Notes under the pieces: generated by a model
The model's input: the letters and a program-made list of their open reading frames with translations, nothing else
What the model was told of the DNA's origin: nothing
Database searches by the model: none
Shown here: positions 37,200 to 54,887 of the stretch, in pieces
How the letters are laid out: each line of letters opens with the position of its first letter
How positions within the stretch are numbered: position 1 is the first letter of the stretch
Origin: Utricularia gibba
Lineage: Eukaryota > Plantae > Magnoliophyta
Assembly (NCBI GenBank): GCA_002189035.1
Contig: NEEC01000004.1
Location: 992,001 to 1,056,000 of the forward strand
Length of the DNA: 64,000 bases
Direction of reading: 5' to 3'
Made by a program: the position numbers and the translations under genes

Positions 37200-39288
37200 A
37201 TGTCGACGATGATCAGTTCAGTTGGTGATCGAAGTGGAGATTGGAGGGGTTTCTTGACGCCGCCGTTGCCGAGGCGGTGTGTTCCGGTGATTCCAGCGCC
37301 TGCGACTGATCAGAAGCCGAGAAAGCAACTTACTTATGAATCCGCTGATAACTTCCATGCTTTTCATAAGATTCCTTCAGGGAATTCTCCCTATTGCAAA
37401 GCTAAATACGTTCAGGTGATTGTCATGGTTTTACATTGTAGACATGTGTTGGTAAATTGAAACACAATAGTAACTCCATCTTTTCTTGGGTAGTTGATCG
37501 ACAAAGATCCAAACAGAGCTATTTCCCTGTTCTGGGCGGCGATCAACTCAAGAGATCGAGTTGATAGTGCCTTAAAAGACATGGCTGTTGTCATGAAACA
37601 ATTGAATCGAGCAGACGAGGGGATAGAAGCGATTAAGTCGTTTCGCCATCTCTGCCCTCCTGAATCTCAAGAGTCTCTTGAAAACATTCTAGTTGAACTG
37701 TTTAAGGTACACTAGATACTTCCATTTGTCGCTCAGTTTTTCACCGAAATAAGAAAACCGTAATTTTTTTCGAATGCAGCAATCAGGAAGGATTGATGAA
37801 GAGATCAAAGTGCTTAAAGAAAAACTGAAGCGGGTCGAGGATGGAATAGCTTTCGGGGGAAAGAGGACAAAGATAGCGAGGTCGCAGGGAAAGAAGGTTC
37901 TAATCTCTCTTGAAAGGGAATACTCCAGGTTTGTATTTGCATAAATCATGACAAATTTGAATCGAAATCCCATTGTTTCAGTCGCCGACTTTTGTCTGTA
38001 TTTTCTGAATGAAACTGCAGGTTGTTGGGGAACTTAGGTTGGGCTTATATGCAGTCCAAAGATTTCAAATCTGCTGAAGAACATTACAGGTACTTAGCAA
38101 CCATGTCTGAATCAGAAATCGTCCAAAAGAGATGCTTGAATCTTTGTGTGAACAAACTCCATGTGATGTTGATATTACAGGAAGGCATTGACATTTGAAC
38201 CTGATAAGAACAAGCAATGCAATTTAGCAGTGTGTTTGATACAGATGAACAGATTAGCAGAAGCTAGGTTTTTGCTCCAGGCAGTGAGAGGTTCATCAAA
38301 AAATGTTTTGAATGAAGCCTATGCAAAATCATATGAACGTGCTTGCGAAATGCTTGCCGAAGTAGATCCTAAGGAAGCTGTAAATTGGGGGAAACGAGTA
38401 GAATGCCAAGCAAATCCCTGGATAGCTAGAGGATCTGCCGATGGGGACAATAAAAGATTGAAGTCATTTGAGGGGCAGTGCAAAGATAGTGATCAGCCAA
38501 GTCTGAGGAATGTTGATGTGCAGACATGTCCACGAGCAACAGATTCCCGAAAAATGAACAACCGGACGTCCCTCGGCTTTCCATATGAGAGGAGATCTGA
38601 TTTAAATTGGAGATCAAACCATCACAACCTTAAGCCTGGCCAGCAAGAAGCCTACCCTTCAGAGAAGAGAATGGATGAATCTCCTTCATACTATTGTCCC
38701 AGAGCTCCATTTACACAACCACACAAACTCCCAAGATACGCAGCTCAGAGAAAAGGAAGGCAGATTGCAAATCCTTGCAGGAGATTGGTTTTTGGATCAT
38801 TCAGCCAGAAGGAAACTCTTGAAACGGCGATGCTACCAGTTTCAGAACAACACTCTGCTTCTACTTGTGAAGAAGGGAGTCAGAACAGAAGTTTGAAGCT
38901 GGATAAAGATACTATGCGCTGCTTAGGTTATGTTACTACTTCAGAAGAAAGTGTGTTCCCATCCGACTCTCCTGTTTCTTATGATGGCATCAAAGCTGGT
39001 GACACAGACTTGGTCAGTCAATCTGAGGTTTCACAGCATAAGAAGACCTGGGCGGAAATGGTTGAACAAGAAAAATCATTTGCGACTCCAGAATCTTCAT
39101 TTACTACCCAATGGTCTGAGGACGACAGCCATGAATCCATGGAAACACCAAGGCGGATTATGAAAAATGGAAAAATGGGAAGTTGTTTTGATCCAAATGG
39201 ATACTTCACTCAACCTGAGAGAACCCTAAGGATGCCACTGTGTTCTGCCCAAGAAACTCCCGCATTTGAAGATCAAAGAGAAAGGTGA
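37200..39288 (+). CDS. TDM1: TDM1/MS5/POLLENLESS3-like TPR protein, 584 aa, 5 exons
   Basis: N-terminal FLTPP; HKIPSGNSPYCKAKYVQ|LIDKDPNRAISLFWAAINSRDRVDSALKDMAVVMKQL; LGNLGWAY; DKNKQCNLAVCL; KSYERACEML; RRLVFG; KKTWAEMVEQE. Exons 37200-37415, 37494-37706, 37780-37928, 38021-38089 and 38181-39288 sum to 1755 nt in frame. Confidence 0.88.
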
Positions 39289-40015
39289 TAAGTTCAACAC
39301 CTTGAACCAAAGTCCCCTGTTTCTCTCCTACAGGGGTACATGGCTTACTTCTCTAGGATGTACAGTTTCATGATACCGAATGACTACATGAATTTTGCGT
39401 GACATTTGACATATCCCAGAGAGAAAGAATGAAGAAAAAACCCCATACCAAATCAACACGCATGAAAAGGTTCAATATTTGTTATCCCTTTAATACTATT
39501 TTATTATCGTGCTAATCCCGTCCGCTCTGTGGACGATGATCTGTCGCATCCAGCGGCCTACAGGTAGCCTGAGAATGTAGCCGACAGGCTACTCACCGGA
39601 AAGATTTGATTTTTCTTCCAATTCCAAATCCTACGATGCAGCTGAGACGAGACCGAGACGGAGACCAGAGAAAGAGACGGCCACACCGTCCTACTCTGTG
39701 GACGATCGCAGTTTGCCTTTTCGGCTACTCTTTTTTCAGCTTTCAATAATTTCTCTTGCGGCCCCTGTCTCCTAAAGTAGTAAGTTGGTGGATGGATGAG
39801 TTGCTTGGGGAGACGGATTAGGGACGAAGATATCGGGTTCACCCTCGATTGCCTACGTTGCTTTTCTGATTGTTTTATACCTTCCCATCTACACCAAGAT
39901 TCCTCGCTTTGGGGTAGTGGGAAACTCTCTATGTCTTTTATGCAGCTGCAATCGTGTTTCTTCGAGTGTCTTTTATGAAATGGTTTAGCAGGTTCTGTCT
40001 TGTGAAAGTAGAGGA

Positions 40016-41128
40016 ATGCCTTTCGTGTGGAGGAAGATGAGAAGTGGGCGAATTTCTCAACTCGTGAATGATCACTTGGACAACTCCCGGAAGCGGCGAG
40101 ATGGGTGTTCTCTTTTTGTGGAGACAGGGTTCCCCACTTCACTTGTCGATCTGTTCATGAAGAATCAGGGGAAACTGAAGAAACCATCCAAGGGAAAGCT
40201 TTTTGGCAAGTGTTCTGTTGATGCAGAGGATCCTCTGCCTTCTCCTCCACCGCAAACACCCTCCTATTCAATTCATTCTGTGACTGAGGAGATTCTTAGT
40301 ACTGTTGGAGAAGATGAGAGTTCCCTCCCGAAAAATGGTGGGATTTCTTCAAATAGCATTGCATTCAAGATGTTCTTGGTGGTCTTTTTGTTACTGGGTA
40401 CCAACAATTTCAGCATTGGGATCTCAATCTCTGCATTCGTGTTGTTTTTTCCGGATCACGTGGTGAACTCCGTGTTTGGAAACTTGTTTCTTTGCTTGGA
40501 GACAAAAGGGATATTTTGGAGGAAGGCTTTTGTGGCAGATACAGATAAGCAGCACCAGATTCTGATGCGGGGACTGAAATCCTCAGCCCATGGACGAGAG
40601 CTTGTTGAGACCATTGCTTCTCCTGCAACTCTGGTGAAGGAAGTTCAAGCTTTATCCGATACAGCAGAGGACTCCTGCTCTGAAACTTATCATGACGTTT
40701 TGCAGATGAAACAGGAACCCGAGAAAACGTCGAAGAAAGGGAAAAACATCAAATCAAAGCTGAGAAAACTTTTTAGCAAAAGATCTCAAAAACAAGGCGA
40801 CCCTCCAAAGGCTGAACAACCAAATGAATCACAGGGCAACAGGGATCCCGAATTCGGATTGAGGTTCCATGTTTCGGGCAGAGATACCTGTGAGTCCACT
40901 GAGATAAATGCAAGAGAAACAGAAGAACACAGGGTGAAGGAAACAGGGGATACAAGTCTATCTCTGGTTAGCTTCGTTGTTGTAGTGGGGTTAGTAGCAT
41001 CCAATAGGCCATTTGCGATTCTGCTAACTGTTCTGTGGTGCATGCTGCCAAGATCTGGCAAGCGGCCGAAGTTGAGTCTTCTCAGCAAGTTCATGGGCGT
41101 GTTTCCTAAATCTTCTGATGATGTGTAA
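40016..41128 (+). CDS. ERT2-like (ethylene-responsive nuclear protein-like) protein, 370 aa, intronless, two hydrophobic segments
   Basis: N-terminal MPFVWRKMRSGRIS...SLFVETGFPTSLVDLFMKN matches the recalled family motif (LVVETGFPTSLIDLF). Hydrophobic stretches FKMFLVVFLLLG...ISAFVLF and LVSFVVVVGLV...AILLTVLWCML. Confidence 0.75.
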   Translation: MPFVWRKMRSGRISQLVNDHLDNSRKRRDGCSLFVETGFPTSLVDLFMKNQGKLKKPSKGKLFGKCSVDAEDPLPSPPPQTPSYSIHSVTEEILSTVGEDESSLPKNGGISSNSIAFKMFLVVFLLLGTNNFSIGISISAFVLFFPDHVVNSVFGNLFLCLETKGIFWRKAFVADTDKQHQILMRGLKSSAHGRELVETIASPATLVKEVQALSDTAEDSCSETYHDVLQMKQEPEKTSKKGKNIKSKLRKLFSKRSQKQGDPPKAEQPNESQGNRDPEFGLRFHVSGRDTCESTEINARETEEHRVKETGDTSLSLVSFVVVVGLVASNRPFAILLTVLWCMLPRSGKRPKLSLLSKFMGVFPKSSDDV

Positions 41129-41592
41129 TTCTTGCAAATCCTGGTGGTGTCCTGGTCCTCTTTTCTCCTCCTCCACGTTAGTTTTCCGCCATCCGTGTTA
41201 CATGCTGTATGCTGAGGTCTCCGAGTTGAAAGTGTACAGAAAAGATAAGCCATAAAGAAGAAGACAAGCCATGTGATGCATACTTTTATACCTTTGTTTC
41301 TTCTTGTTTTTTTCTATGCTTTCTTCTTACCAATCCCCTCATATAAACCAGCACGATGCAGAGCATATGTATAATAATGTTGAAAAGCTGCGTAATCCAC
41401 CAGGTGATGCTGTCGGCGCATTACTCGCACGTGAAGTACAACATTTATAAAATATTTTTTTTACAAAAAAATTGTAATGAGGACACAAGATTTCAGGATT
41501 AGATTGAAACAAAGACCTCTGAAGATGCCTAGAGGCTACAAGTTCTTACTGATCTCCGGCTAACTCACAACAACCCAGTAAACTAACTGTTC

Positions 41593-43329
<1,737 letters not shown>

Positions 43330-43564
43330 CAAATTGGGCTTCACAGTTTCCAAGGCCCATAAATACGGCCCATCTAGTGGGCCCCAACCTCGGCTGTGGT
43401 AGGTATTTTTGAACATTGATTGATTTCCATACCTGGAATTTGATAAAACAAACAAACAACAAAGAAACGACATCTCCTTTTCAGTACGCAAGCTTTGCTT
43501 TGCATTGTGTGTAAACACAGCAAGATAGCTTTTCCGTCAACGACAAAAGGAACACCGCGAGTGA

Positions 43565-43568
<4 letters not shown>

Positions 43569-43608
<40 letters not shown>
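43569..43608. repeat. (GA)20 microsatellite (CT-rich on the NTM1 sense strand, likely in the 5' leader or promoter)
   Basis: Perfect GA run read directly. Confidence 0.95.
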
Positions 43609-43614
<6 letters not shown>

Positions 43615-43919
43615 GGACACGCTTGGCTCCGCTTACGCCACACGAGCAAACAAACCCGCCGTCACCGGAGCTGCCGAACCGGGTGGCATAGAGGGAGCCA
43701 GGCATGTCACTCACCCGCCAACAACCAAGAATATCATTGTGATTGGATGGGATTAGATACGCGCGCCGAGAGGGATGCCAATCGGATGCATATTTATAGA
43801 TGAATACATAGCTCTATAGACCAGGGATAACACAAAGGTGTTGAATATTTCATTACCCTCCCACACCCACAAATTATATATATATATTTTATCTTTCTAG
43901 ATGATGGTCAAAACATTAA

Positions 43920-44170
43920 GACCTTATTTGATATGAGAGTATAAGTTTGATTTATGATAGATTTAATAAAATTGTATTGTTTGATGTGTAGGTATAATTA
44001 TATTTTATATATGAATATAATAATCATTATACTCATATAATATCATCATATATAAGTATATATATACTCATGAAGGGATATGAATATTTTTATATTCACA
44101 TATTTAGGTTTAGTTAAATCCAAATAATTTAAATCCATTAATATCTAAAACACATCAATCAAACAAGGCC
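43920..44170. mobile_element. Tourist-like (PIF/Harbinger) MITE, 251 bp
   Basis: Left end GACCTTATTTGAT; right end reverse complement GGCCTTGTTTGAT (11/13 identical); TAA on both flanks (43917-43919 and 44171-44173); AT-rich non-coding interior. Confidence 0.75.
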
Positions 44171-44173
44171 TAA

Positions 44174-44381
44174 GATTATGTTTGGTGCAATTTCAATTTT
44201 AATAAAAATACTTTTCGAAATAATTTTCGAACAAAACACACATAACTTTGTTCTACATAAAACTGAAACAATGAAATGTTTCAGTTTTTTAAGAAACTAA
44301 AAAACTATTGTCCAATAAAAACTTAATGTTTATAGAATCACTTTTTAAAAGTTATTTTTTGAAAGTGTATCAAGTAGACTT
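44174..44381. mobile_element. Possible degenerate Tourist-like MITE between two better-supported ones
   Basis: Starts GATTATGTTTGGT immediately after a TAA and ends before the next TAA. The right terminus (revcomp AGTCTACTTGATA) matches poorly. Confidence 0.35.
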
Positions 44382-44384
44382 TAA

Positions 44385-44713
44385 GGTTGTGTTTGATTTC
44401 TATGATATGAAATTGATTTAATTGGATTTTTTTTTTTCGATTGTATAAGAAATCAAAAGATGAGATTTATTTAGATTTGGTTGAAAATTCACAATTATTT
44501 TCGTATGGAATTAAAATCCTAAAGTAAACATAAATACTCAAAAAAATTGATGTTTATGTAAAATGATAATTTGATAATGAAAATAAGGATATAATAATCT
44601 TAAAATTATTATAATTTCATATTCTAATGGTTAGGTAATATACTTAAATATTATAAAATAACAAATTTAAGATACTGCATTATTTTTTTATATATCAAGT
44701 ACCAAACGCACCC
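44385..44713. mobile_element. Tourist-like (PIF/Harbinger) MITE, 329 bp
   Basis: Left end GGTTGTGTTTGAT; right end reverse complement GGGTGCGTTTGGT (10/13); flanks TAA (44382-44384) and TAT; AT-rich interior. Confidence 0.6.
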
Positions 44714-45269
44714 TATTTAATTCAGGGGCAGGAAAATGTGGGGACGCACCGTAAGTTTCCGTATTTTTTCAAGGAAATGAAGGCGATTGTGGTAAAATTT
44801 TCAAAGATTTTTCATGCCTAGATGATATACTTCACCTTGTGTAAGTCTATGGTACGAGACTGGATTCTGTGTAGGTCATGACATAGGCTCGGGTGTGCCA
44901 TTAAATTGGAGGTTCGGAAAAGGGGGACACGACTATGCATCATCATTCCAGGATATGCACATTAAATCATATATCCAATTTTATGGAATTAAAGTGGAAG
45001 GTAACAATTTTATGAAATATGAAAATAAAGATAAATGAAAAATAGAGTTTTAAAAATATTAAACTATGCTTGAATAGAAAAATTCATCTGGAGGAAATTT
45101 TTTTTAAAAAAAACTGATTGAAAGTGTTTTACGACACTCTCATCTTATCATTGACATAAATAAAGAATGGCAACCTGATCTGTGATGCGTCGTCTGGTGA
45201 CGTCGCCTCATCAGAATTGTATCGAAACCCCTCGTTAACCGCCACTCTATTCCTCCGAGATCGTCGTCA

Positions 45270-46818
45270 ATGGGATCGGAGGAGAAATCCAGCAGCGTTC
45301 CTGAGGAGGCGAGGAAGATTCTGCGATCTCTGGCGGCGGAATGGACCGACGTTGCCGACAAAGATCATTTGCAGGTGACTCGGCTCAAGGGAGCCATGAC
45401 GAACGAGGTTTACCAGATTAAATGGCCGACGATTCAGAAATCTGGCGCTGCTCCGCTGCGATCGAGGAAGGTACTTGTGAGGGTTTACGGTACCGGTGTG
45501 GATGTGTTTTTTGATCGCCAGAACGAGATTTGCACTTTCGAGTTCATGTCGAAGCAGGGCCAGGGACCTCAGTTGCTAGGTCGATTCTCGAATGGTCGTG
45601 TTGAGGAGTTTATTAGGGCTCGGGTGCGCATTACTTTTCTTTTTCTGGTTGTTAAGCAATCATCTATATGCTCTGCCTATTGGTATTGTGGAATGGAAAC
45701 GAAATATTTCTGATCTTCTGTCGCTGCAGACGCTCACAGCAACTGATTTGCGGGATCCTGAGATTTCTGCTCTCCTAGCAGCAAAACTGAAGGAATTTCA
45801 CGATCTGGATATGCCTGGGCCAAAGACTGCTGCTGTCTGGGATAGACTACAGTACTACGCTTTCTCTGATGAAAAATTATCCTACTCAACTTGTGTTCAT
45901 GGGTATTGATCACATGTATATTATGCGTTTTTTCAGCAATTGGTTGGAGGTAGCTAAACGCTTGTCTTCCCAAGCTCAAGCTGATGAGTTTCAGCTCAGT
46001 GTCTTGGAAGGTGAAATATCTGCTCTTCAAAAGAATCTCTCGACTACTGGTTACCAAAATATTGGATTTTGTCACAATGATTTGCAGTATGGCAATATAA
46101 TGATGGATGAAGATTCTAGGATAACCATAATTGTTAGTATCTCATCGCCTTAATCTGAATGACCACAACCGTATCTTGTTTTTCAAGTTATTTGGATCTA
46201 AGCTCACTCCATTTTTATTTCATGAAGGATTATGAATACGCAAGCTACAATGATGTTGCTTTCGATATTGCAAATCATTTTTGTGAAATGGCTGCTGACT
46301 ACCATACTGAAACACCTCATATCTTGGATTTCAGTAAATATCCAGGTAGGAAATGTTTTCTCTGATTCAACTACTTCCCGTGTCGCTAAGCTACACTACG
46401 TTATCGAATGTTGTCTCAGGTGTGGAGGAGTGTCGTAGATTCTTGAACATCTATCTCAGTGGTGCAGGTAGTTCTGTTTGTCTTCATTGTTGTATGCATC
46501 TCCTCTGAAAGCCCTGCGATTTTCTGCAGGGGATTCACGTTGTGATGAGAAAGAGGTGGATAAATTGCTTCAGCAAGTAGAAAAGTTCACTCTTGCTAGC
46601 CATCTCCTATGGGGCTTATGGGGAATAATTTCGGTATTCACATTCACTCTACCCTTTAGGCTTTCCAGGCATTATCCTGTTCCTCTCATATTTAAAACGT
46701 TACGAATAATTGAAGTTCTCAATTCCAGGATCATGTTAACAAAATCGACTTCGACTACTTAGAGTACGCAAGACAAAGGTTTCAACAGTATTGGGCAAGG
46801 AAATGCCATGCTTTCTGA
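45270..46818 (+). CDS. Choline/ethanolamine kinase, 7 exons
   Basis: [43 protein letters not shown], Brenner motif [13 protein letters not shown], choline-kinase motif I|DYEYASYN...[44 protein letters not shown]; TGA at 46816-46818. Confidence 0.95.
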
Positions 46819-47223
46819 ATTTCATTTCATGCCTTTGCATAACTGCTTCATCTTCGCTTTTTTCTTTGCGTTTTGGCGGGTTTACATAAATAAGCCAGGC
46901 ATATTGCTGTTAACGAAAGTTCTTTTAGAACCGTTCAATAAATATCGTTGGATGGTTGCCGCAACATGATCTTAAATCACATATCTTTCAGTTTTTCAAT
47001 TTGATCATCCAAGACTTTAAGAATGTGAACTGCATTCAGATGCAGCATGTGCATGTGCACGTGCATTCGTTTTGCAGAGAGTGAGTTGTGCATGAAAGCA
47101 AGTCCTTTGGAAAGAATGACAAAAAATGGGATGGTGAGAATTTGTTAATTATATTGTTTCTGCTCACTAGAAATCACCTCTACCATCTCCTGAAGCTAGT
47201 CCCCAGAGGTGGCTTTCCTTGTC

Positions 47224-50470
<3,247 letters not shown>

Positions 50471-51923
50471 TCCTAAACTAGGTGCCAAGTTGCTGATGAT
50501 TGCCAGTTCAATACGATTTCAAAATGCTGGGTGGAAATTCTGTAAAAGTCTTCAAATGATAATACCTGACGCAAGTACAAAATTCGTAAGCCAACTACCA
50601 AGGCACATAATAAACAAAGAGATGATGAACACTACCTAACAAAATGATAACAAACTCCATCAAAAATATTCCACGTTCATGGCATAAAAGAATCTTCTGG
50701 ATGCTATGCAAGATGAATCATTGAGCAAATAAAAAAGGTGAACGCAAATCCTGATCTCATGACACACGCGCATCTAGTTTTGCTCATTCCAAGGAAACAT
50801 AAACATTAGCTTAAAATCCTGATCCATAAAAATTGCCATGCAAGAAGATGATTCATCGACAGCCAGAAACCCAATCACTTTGAGAATTTAGACAAAACAG
50901 GAACATAATACGGAGATCATGATCTCGTTGATGGAAAAAACAAGGAAGTGAAAGCTGGAATTTTTTGCCCTATAACATTTGGGGAAGGAAAAGTATATTG
51001 GAATAAAGATTTTTTGTCCAACTAACCACTCATACATACAATCACAATGAATCCTGAGCCCTAACCTGCAACAATAGCAGCAAACAATACCTTCCTACAA
51101 ATCCAAGTCAAAAAACACAATGAAATCTCAGTTCCCCAGAGATATCATCCTATCCATCACGCTGTTCCTTAAGGTGAAAGAAAATGATAGAATCATGCCA
51201 CAAACCTTTTCTAGCGAATCCCCACAAAAAAAACTGCTACAGATATTGAAACCTAGGGAAACATAAAACAACCCCCCTAATCAGGAAAACGAACAATCAA
51301 TTCATAAGACCAAACACACATTCCATCAAAACAAGGTTCACTAACCAAATTTCCATCCACAGTAAATAGGATTCAGAACCCCGTAATGGAACGTTGTCCC
51401 AGTAAATCGATTCAATAAATACCCACAAAATATCGGTTCTGGAAGATAATATAAAATTAAAAGCGACAAAGTCGTTGGATTTAACGCGGGCACGCCTGCT
51501 GAAGGCAGCTGAAAATATCTTATTAATTAATATTTTTTATTTACAAATTAATATTAATAATAAATAATTTAATTTAATTTACAAAATAAAAAACTTGAGA
51601 TACTTGTTTTTGTTTTATTTTGAAATGTGAAATTTATTTCAAAAATTTAAATATTAAATAAAATAATATATTTTTTTATTAAATTTATGTCTATAATTTT
51701 TCAATCTTATCTCTTGCACTCTCAGCAAAATTACTTGTTGAATATTTATCTTAATTTTACTTGAATTATTGAAATAAAAAATTATCCATTTGAATTTAAG
51801 TATTTTATAAAATACATAATAAATCATATTTTTATTATTTTTTAATATCAAATCTTTGATACTGCTTCAGATTTGCAGTTTTGGAACAGAGTGGGAGACA
51901 GGGAAGCAGAAAACCACTGTAAT

Positions 51924-54887
51924 TCAGTAACTGGAGGTAATGACAATGGTGAAGGCTTTGCCTATGAGCAACGAGAGGTTGGAAATTACCAAGTTAATGG
52001 ATCCTGTGTCATTTGCTTCGGCTTTCACTGCCAGATCTTGATCTTCTACTCTGATTCCATCAACAAATTCCCAGACTTGGATCTTGTTGAAGCTGGTGCT
52101 CAGTCCACATACGGTCACCTGGTCGACGATCCAGTTTTGGGTCAGAGCGAACTCCCGATTCACCGCCACTGAGGTGAGGATCAGCCTGTTTCCCTCCAAC
52201 GTGCTGCTGAACGCCACGTATGTCCATCTTCTCCCCGCTCCTGCAAAGTCTAAATCGACTCCGTCGTCCAAGAAGACTTCACCGGAGCTCTTGCCATCGT
52301 CTCCCACGACAAACAGAAGCTCAAATGGCGTTTTCCGGGCTGCGGTTGATGTCAGTGCTTCTCCTTGCAGTGCTAAGGCAACCCCTTGATGGACGTGTAC
52401 GTTGGCATGATCATCGGGGGCATCCAGGATGAGGTGTTCTCCGGTTGTCAAGCTCAAGGATTGTGATGTGTTGAAGAGATTGAACCACTTTCCGGCTGGG
52501 AAATATGCAGCAACAGATTCTGCTCCTGGTTCAAGGACAGGGCTGATCAGCAAGCCTTGGCCGAGGAGGAACTGTGAACTAACGCCGTAAGTCGCTGTAT
52601 CTCCGGGAAACGAGAAGAACAGGGGCCGAGCTATCGGAGTTCCCTTCATGTGTGACTGGTACATCAGAGTGTACAAGTATGGCAGCAGCTTGTAGCGAAG
52701 GCCTAGTGATGTTCTTGCAGATGCAGCCACTGAATCCCAGACGTAGAGCTCTTGAGGGATGCTGTCCCTTACAGAGTGATCCCTTGCAAAGGGGTAAAAG
52801 GCACCTAACTGCAACACACATCATTTTCTTTTATTGCAAACGGAAGCAACAGAAGACTGCCCAAGTTACTTGGATTTTCTTATACCTGAATCCACCGGCG
52901 GCAGAGTTCCTCAGTCGTGTTACCGTCAAAGCCGCAGATATCAGCTCCGACCATCGGAATACCAAACAGCCCAGAATTCAAGATGCTTGGAATACTGTAA
53001 GCTAGATCATTCCAAGTTGCGGCATTGTCTCCAGTCCAATGAGCTGTGTACTTACCAGAACCAACAAAAGTAGACCTGCTCAGAACAAATGGCCTCTCGC
53101 CAGTTATAGTAGCTAAAGCTTCGTTGGTAGCTCTTGCCTCTAAGAATCCATACAAATTGTGGACATTATACTCTGTGAGGTTGCCAAAATGGATAGCTGA
53201 GGCTGGGACAGTCCTGGTGTTAATGGGAACTTGGCCACCCGAATTGTTGATCTTGTAAGGAGGATCATCAAGGGTGGAAGAAGGATTGGGAGGTGAGGTA
53301 ATGAAGTTGGACAACTCATTCATGTCAATCCACAGGCCATCAACAGGGAGGGTGTCGTGGAATATCTTGATCTCTCTGCTCCAATACTCTCCGGTTTTTG
53401 GATTCAAAAAGTCAGGATAAGTTGTTGCACCAGGCCACACAGAGCCAACATATGGAACCCCATTTCGTTTTAGGTAGACATCAGCTTCCAACCCTCGAAC
53501 ATACGTTGGGTATGTGTTGTTTACAGCGATTCCTGTCGTTAAAGAACCATCTTTTGGGTCAAATATATCATCAGCAATGAAAAATATGCATACAGTAACT
53601 GGAAGATCCATATACAGTTACCTGGGTCTACGATCAGCACATACTTCTGACCATTCGAGTGAAGTGAATTCACAAACTGGTTCATTTTGTCCACGGGAAA
53701 GTTGACAGGATCAAATGTGAAATCTTTGAACTGATCCATGTAGTCTATGTCTGTCCACATAACCTCTAATGGGATTTCAGCTTTTGCATAATTAGCCACC
53801 ACATTCTCGACGGCATTCAAATTGGGGTAACCCCATTTACACTGATGAAATCCTATTGATGAACGAGTGAAAGCAAATCAGAGAACTTACAAGATGAAGA
53901 AGCAAGCTGATTGAGTGTTTGAAAATCTCACCAAATGCCCAGTAAGGGATTGGCGCGGGGCGACCGATGAGCTCGGTATACTGTTCCATAACCAGCTCCG
54001 GCGTCTTTCCGGCAAACATGTACATATCAATGATCCCACCGATAATCTTATAGGTAATTCTATCTCCAGTGTAAACAACATCCATCCCATTACTATTTAG
54101 CAGAAAAACTCCGTGGGTAGTCCCGCTGGGAGCTCTCAAATCCATATAGAATGGATGAGATCCATACAGATTAAGATCCACATTAAAGCAAGCAATATCC
54201 GCGTTCCACAAAGTAAGAACCTGATTTGGCTGAATCTTGAAACTGCTCTTAGTATGCTCTCCGAGACCATAGAGATTAGAGGTCTCCGGAGGCAGAGAAG
54301 AGGAAAGTTGGATGTACTGATCTTTGAAAATGAGGTACGTGGATGAATCGCCAGCTACGGGATTAGTGTCAAAGAGGGTTTCGCCGGAGGAGCGGCGGGT
54401 GATCGCAAACCCAAATGGGGTAGTGTTTCTTAGACTAAAAATGAAATCTGATCCGGGGAAGTAAAACGACGACGATGGAGATGGAGGCAAGGGAGGGAGA
54501 AGTACAGGGAAATTGGGTTCTCGAGGAATCACAGTGTACGGAACTTCCCAACGAGAGTTATCCGAATCCGTAATCGTGATTCTTAATCGCTCCGCAGTTT
54601 CTAAACTGTAAAAGCAAAAGTGAAATCATGAGGTTCAGTGGCAACTCGAAACACCCGGAAACAAAAAAGCCAAGGTACCTCGCTGTTAGGGAGAGGCGCT
54701 GAATGTCAGGGCCGTAGACGGATGAATTGGCGATTAGCTCGAGATGGGCCGTTAGTTTTGTCAACGACGGAGCGATACTCACAGTCCGTAGTCGATACCC
54801 CTCTCCGACGTTTTGCTCTGAAGCTGTATTCAACAATAGCGATAGAAACAAAACGCAGAAGCAGCTTGCAGCGAAAAGTTTCTTCAT
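51924..54887 (-). CDS. Glycoside hydrolase family 31 alpha-glucosidase (secreted/vacuolar type), 5 exons
   Basis: Signal peptide [21 protein letters not shown]; [11 protein letters not shown]; YWAFG|FHQCKWGY; WTDIDYMD; catalytic nucleophile WIDMNE; HWTGDN acid/base; GADICGF; RWIQ|[11 protein letters not shown]. Confidence 0.96.

Noticed and set aside
39558-40142. 194-aa minus-strand ORF and short inverted repeats (GTAGCCTG/CAGGCTAC) upstream of the ERT2-like gene
   Set aside because: Low-complexity translation overlapping a real gene on the other strand; 8-bp inverted repeats are expected by chance.
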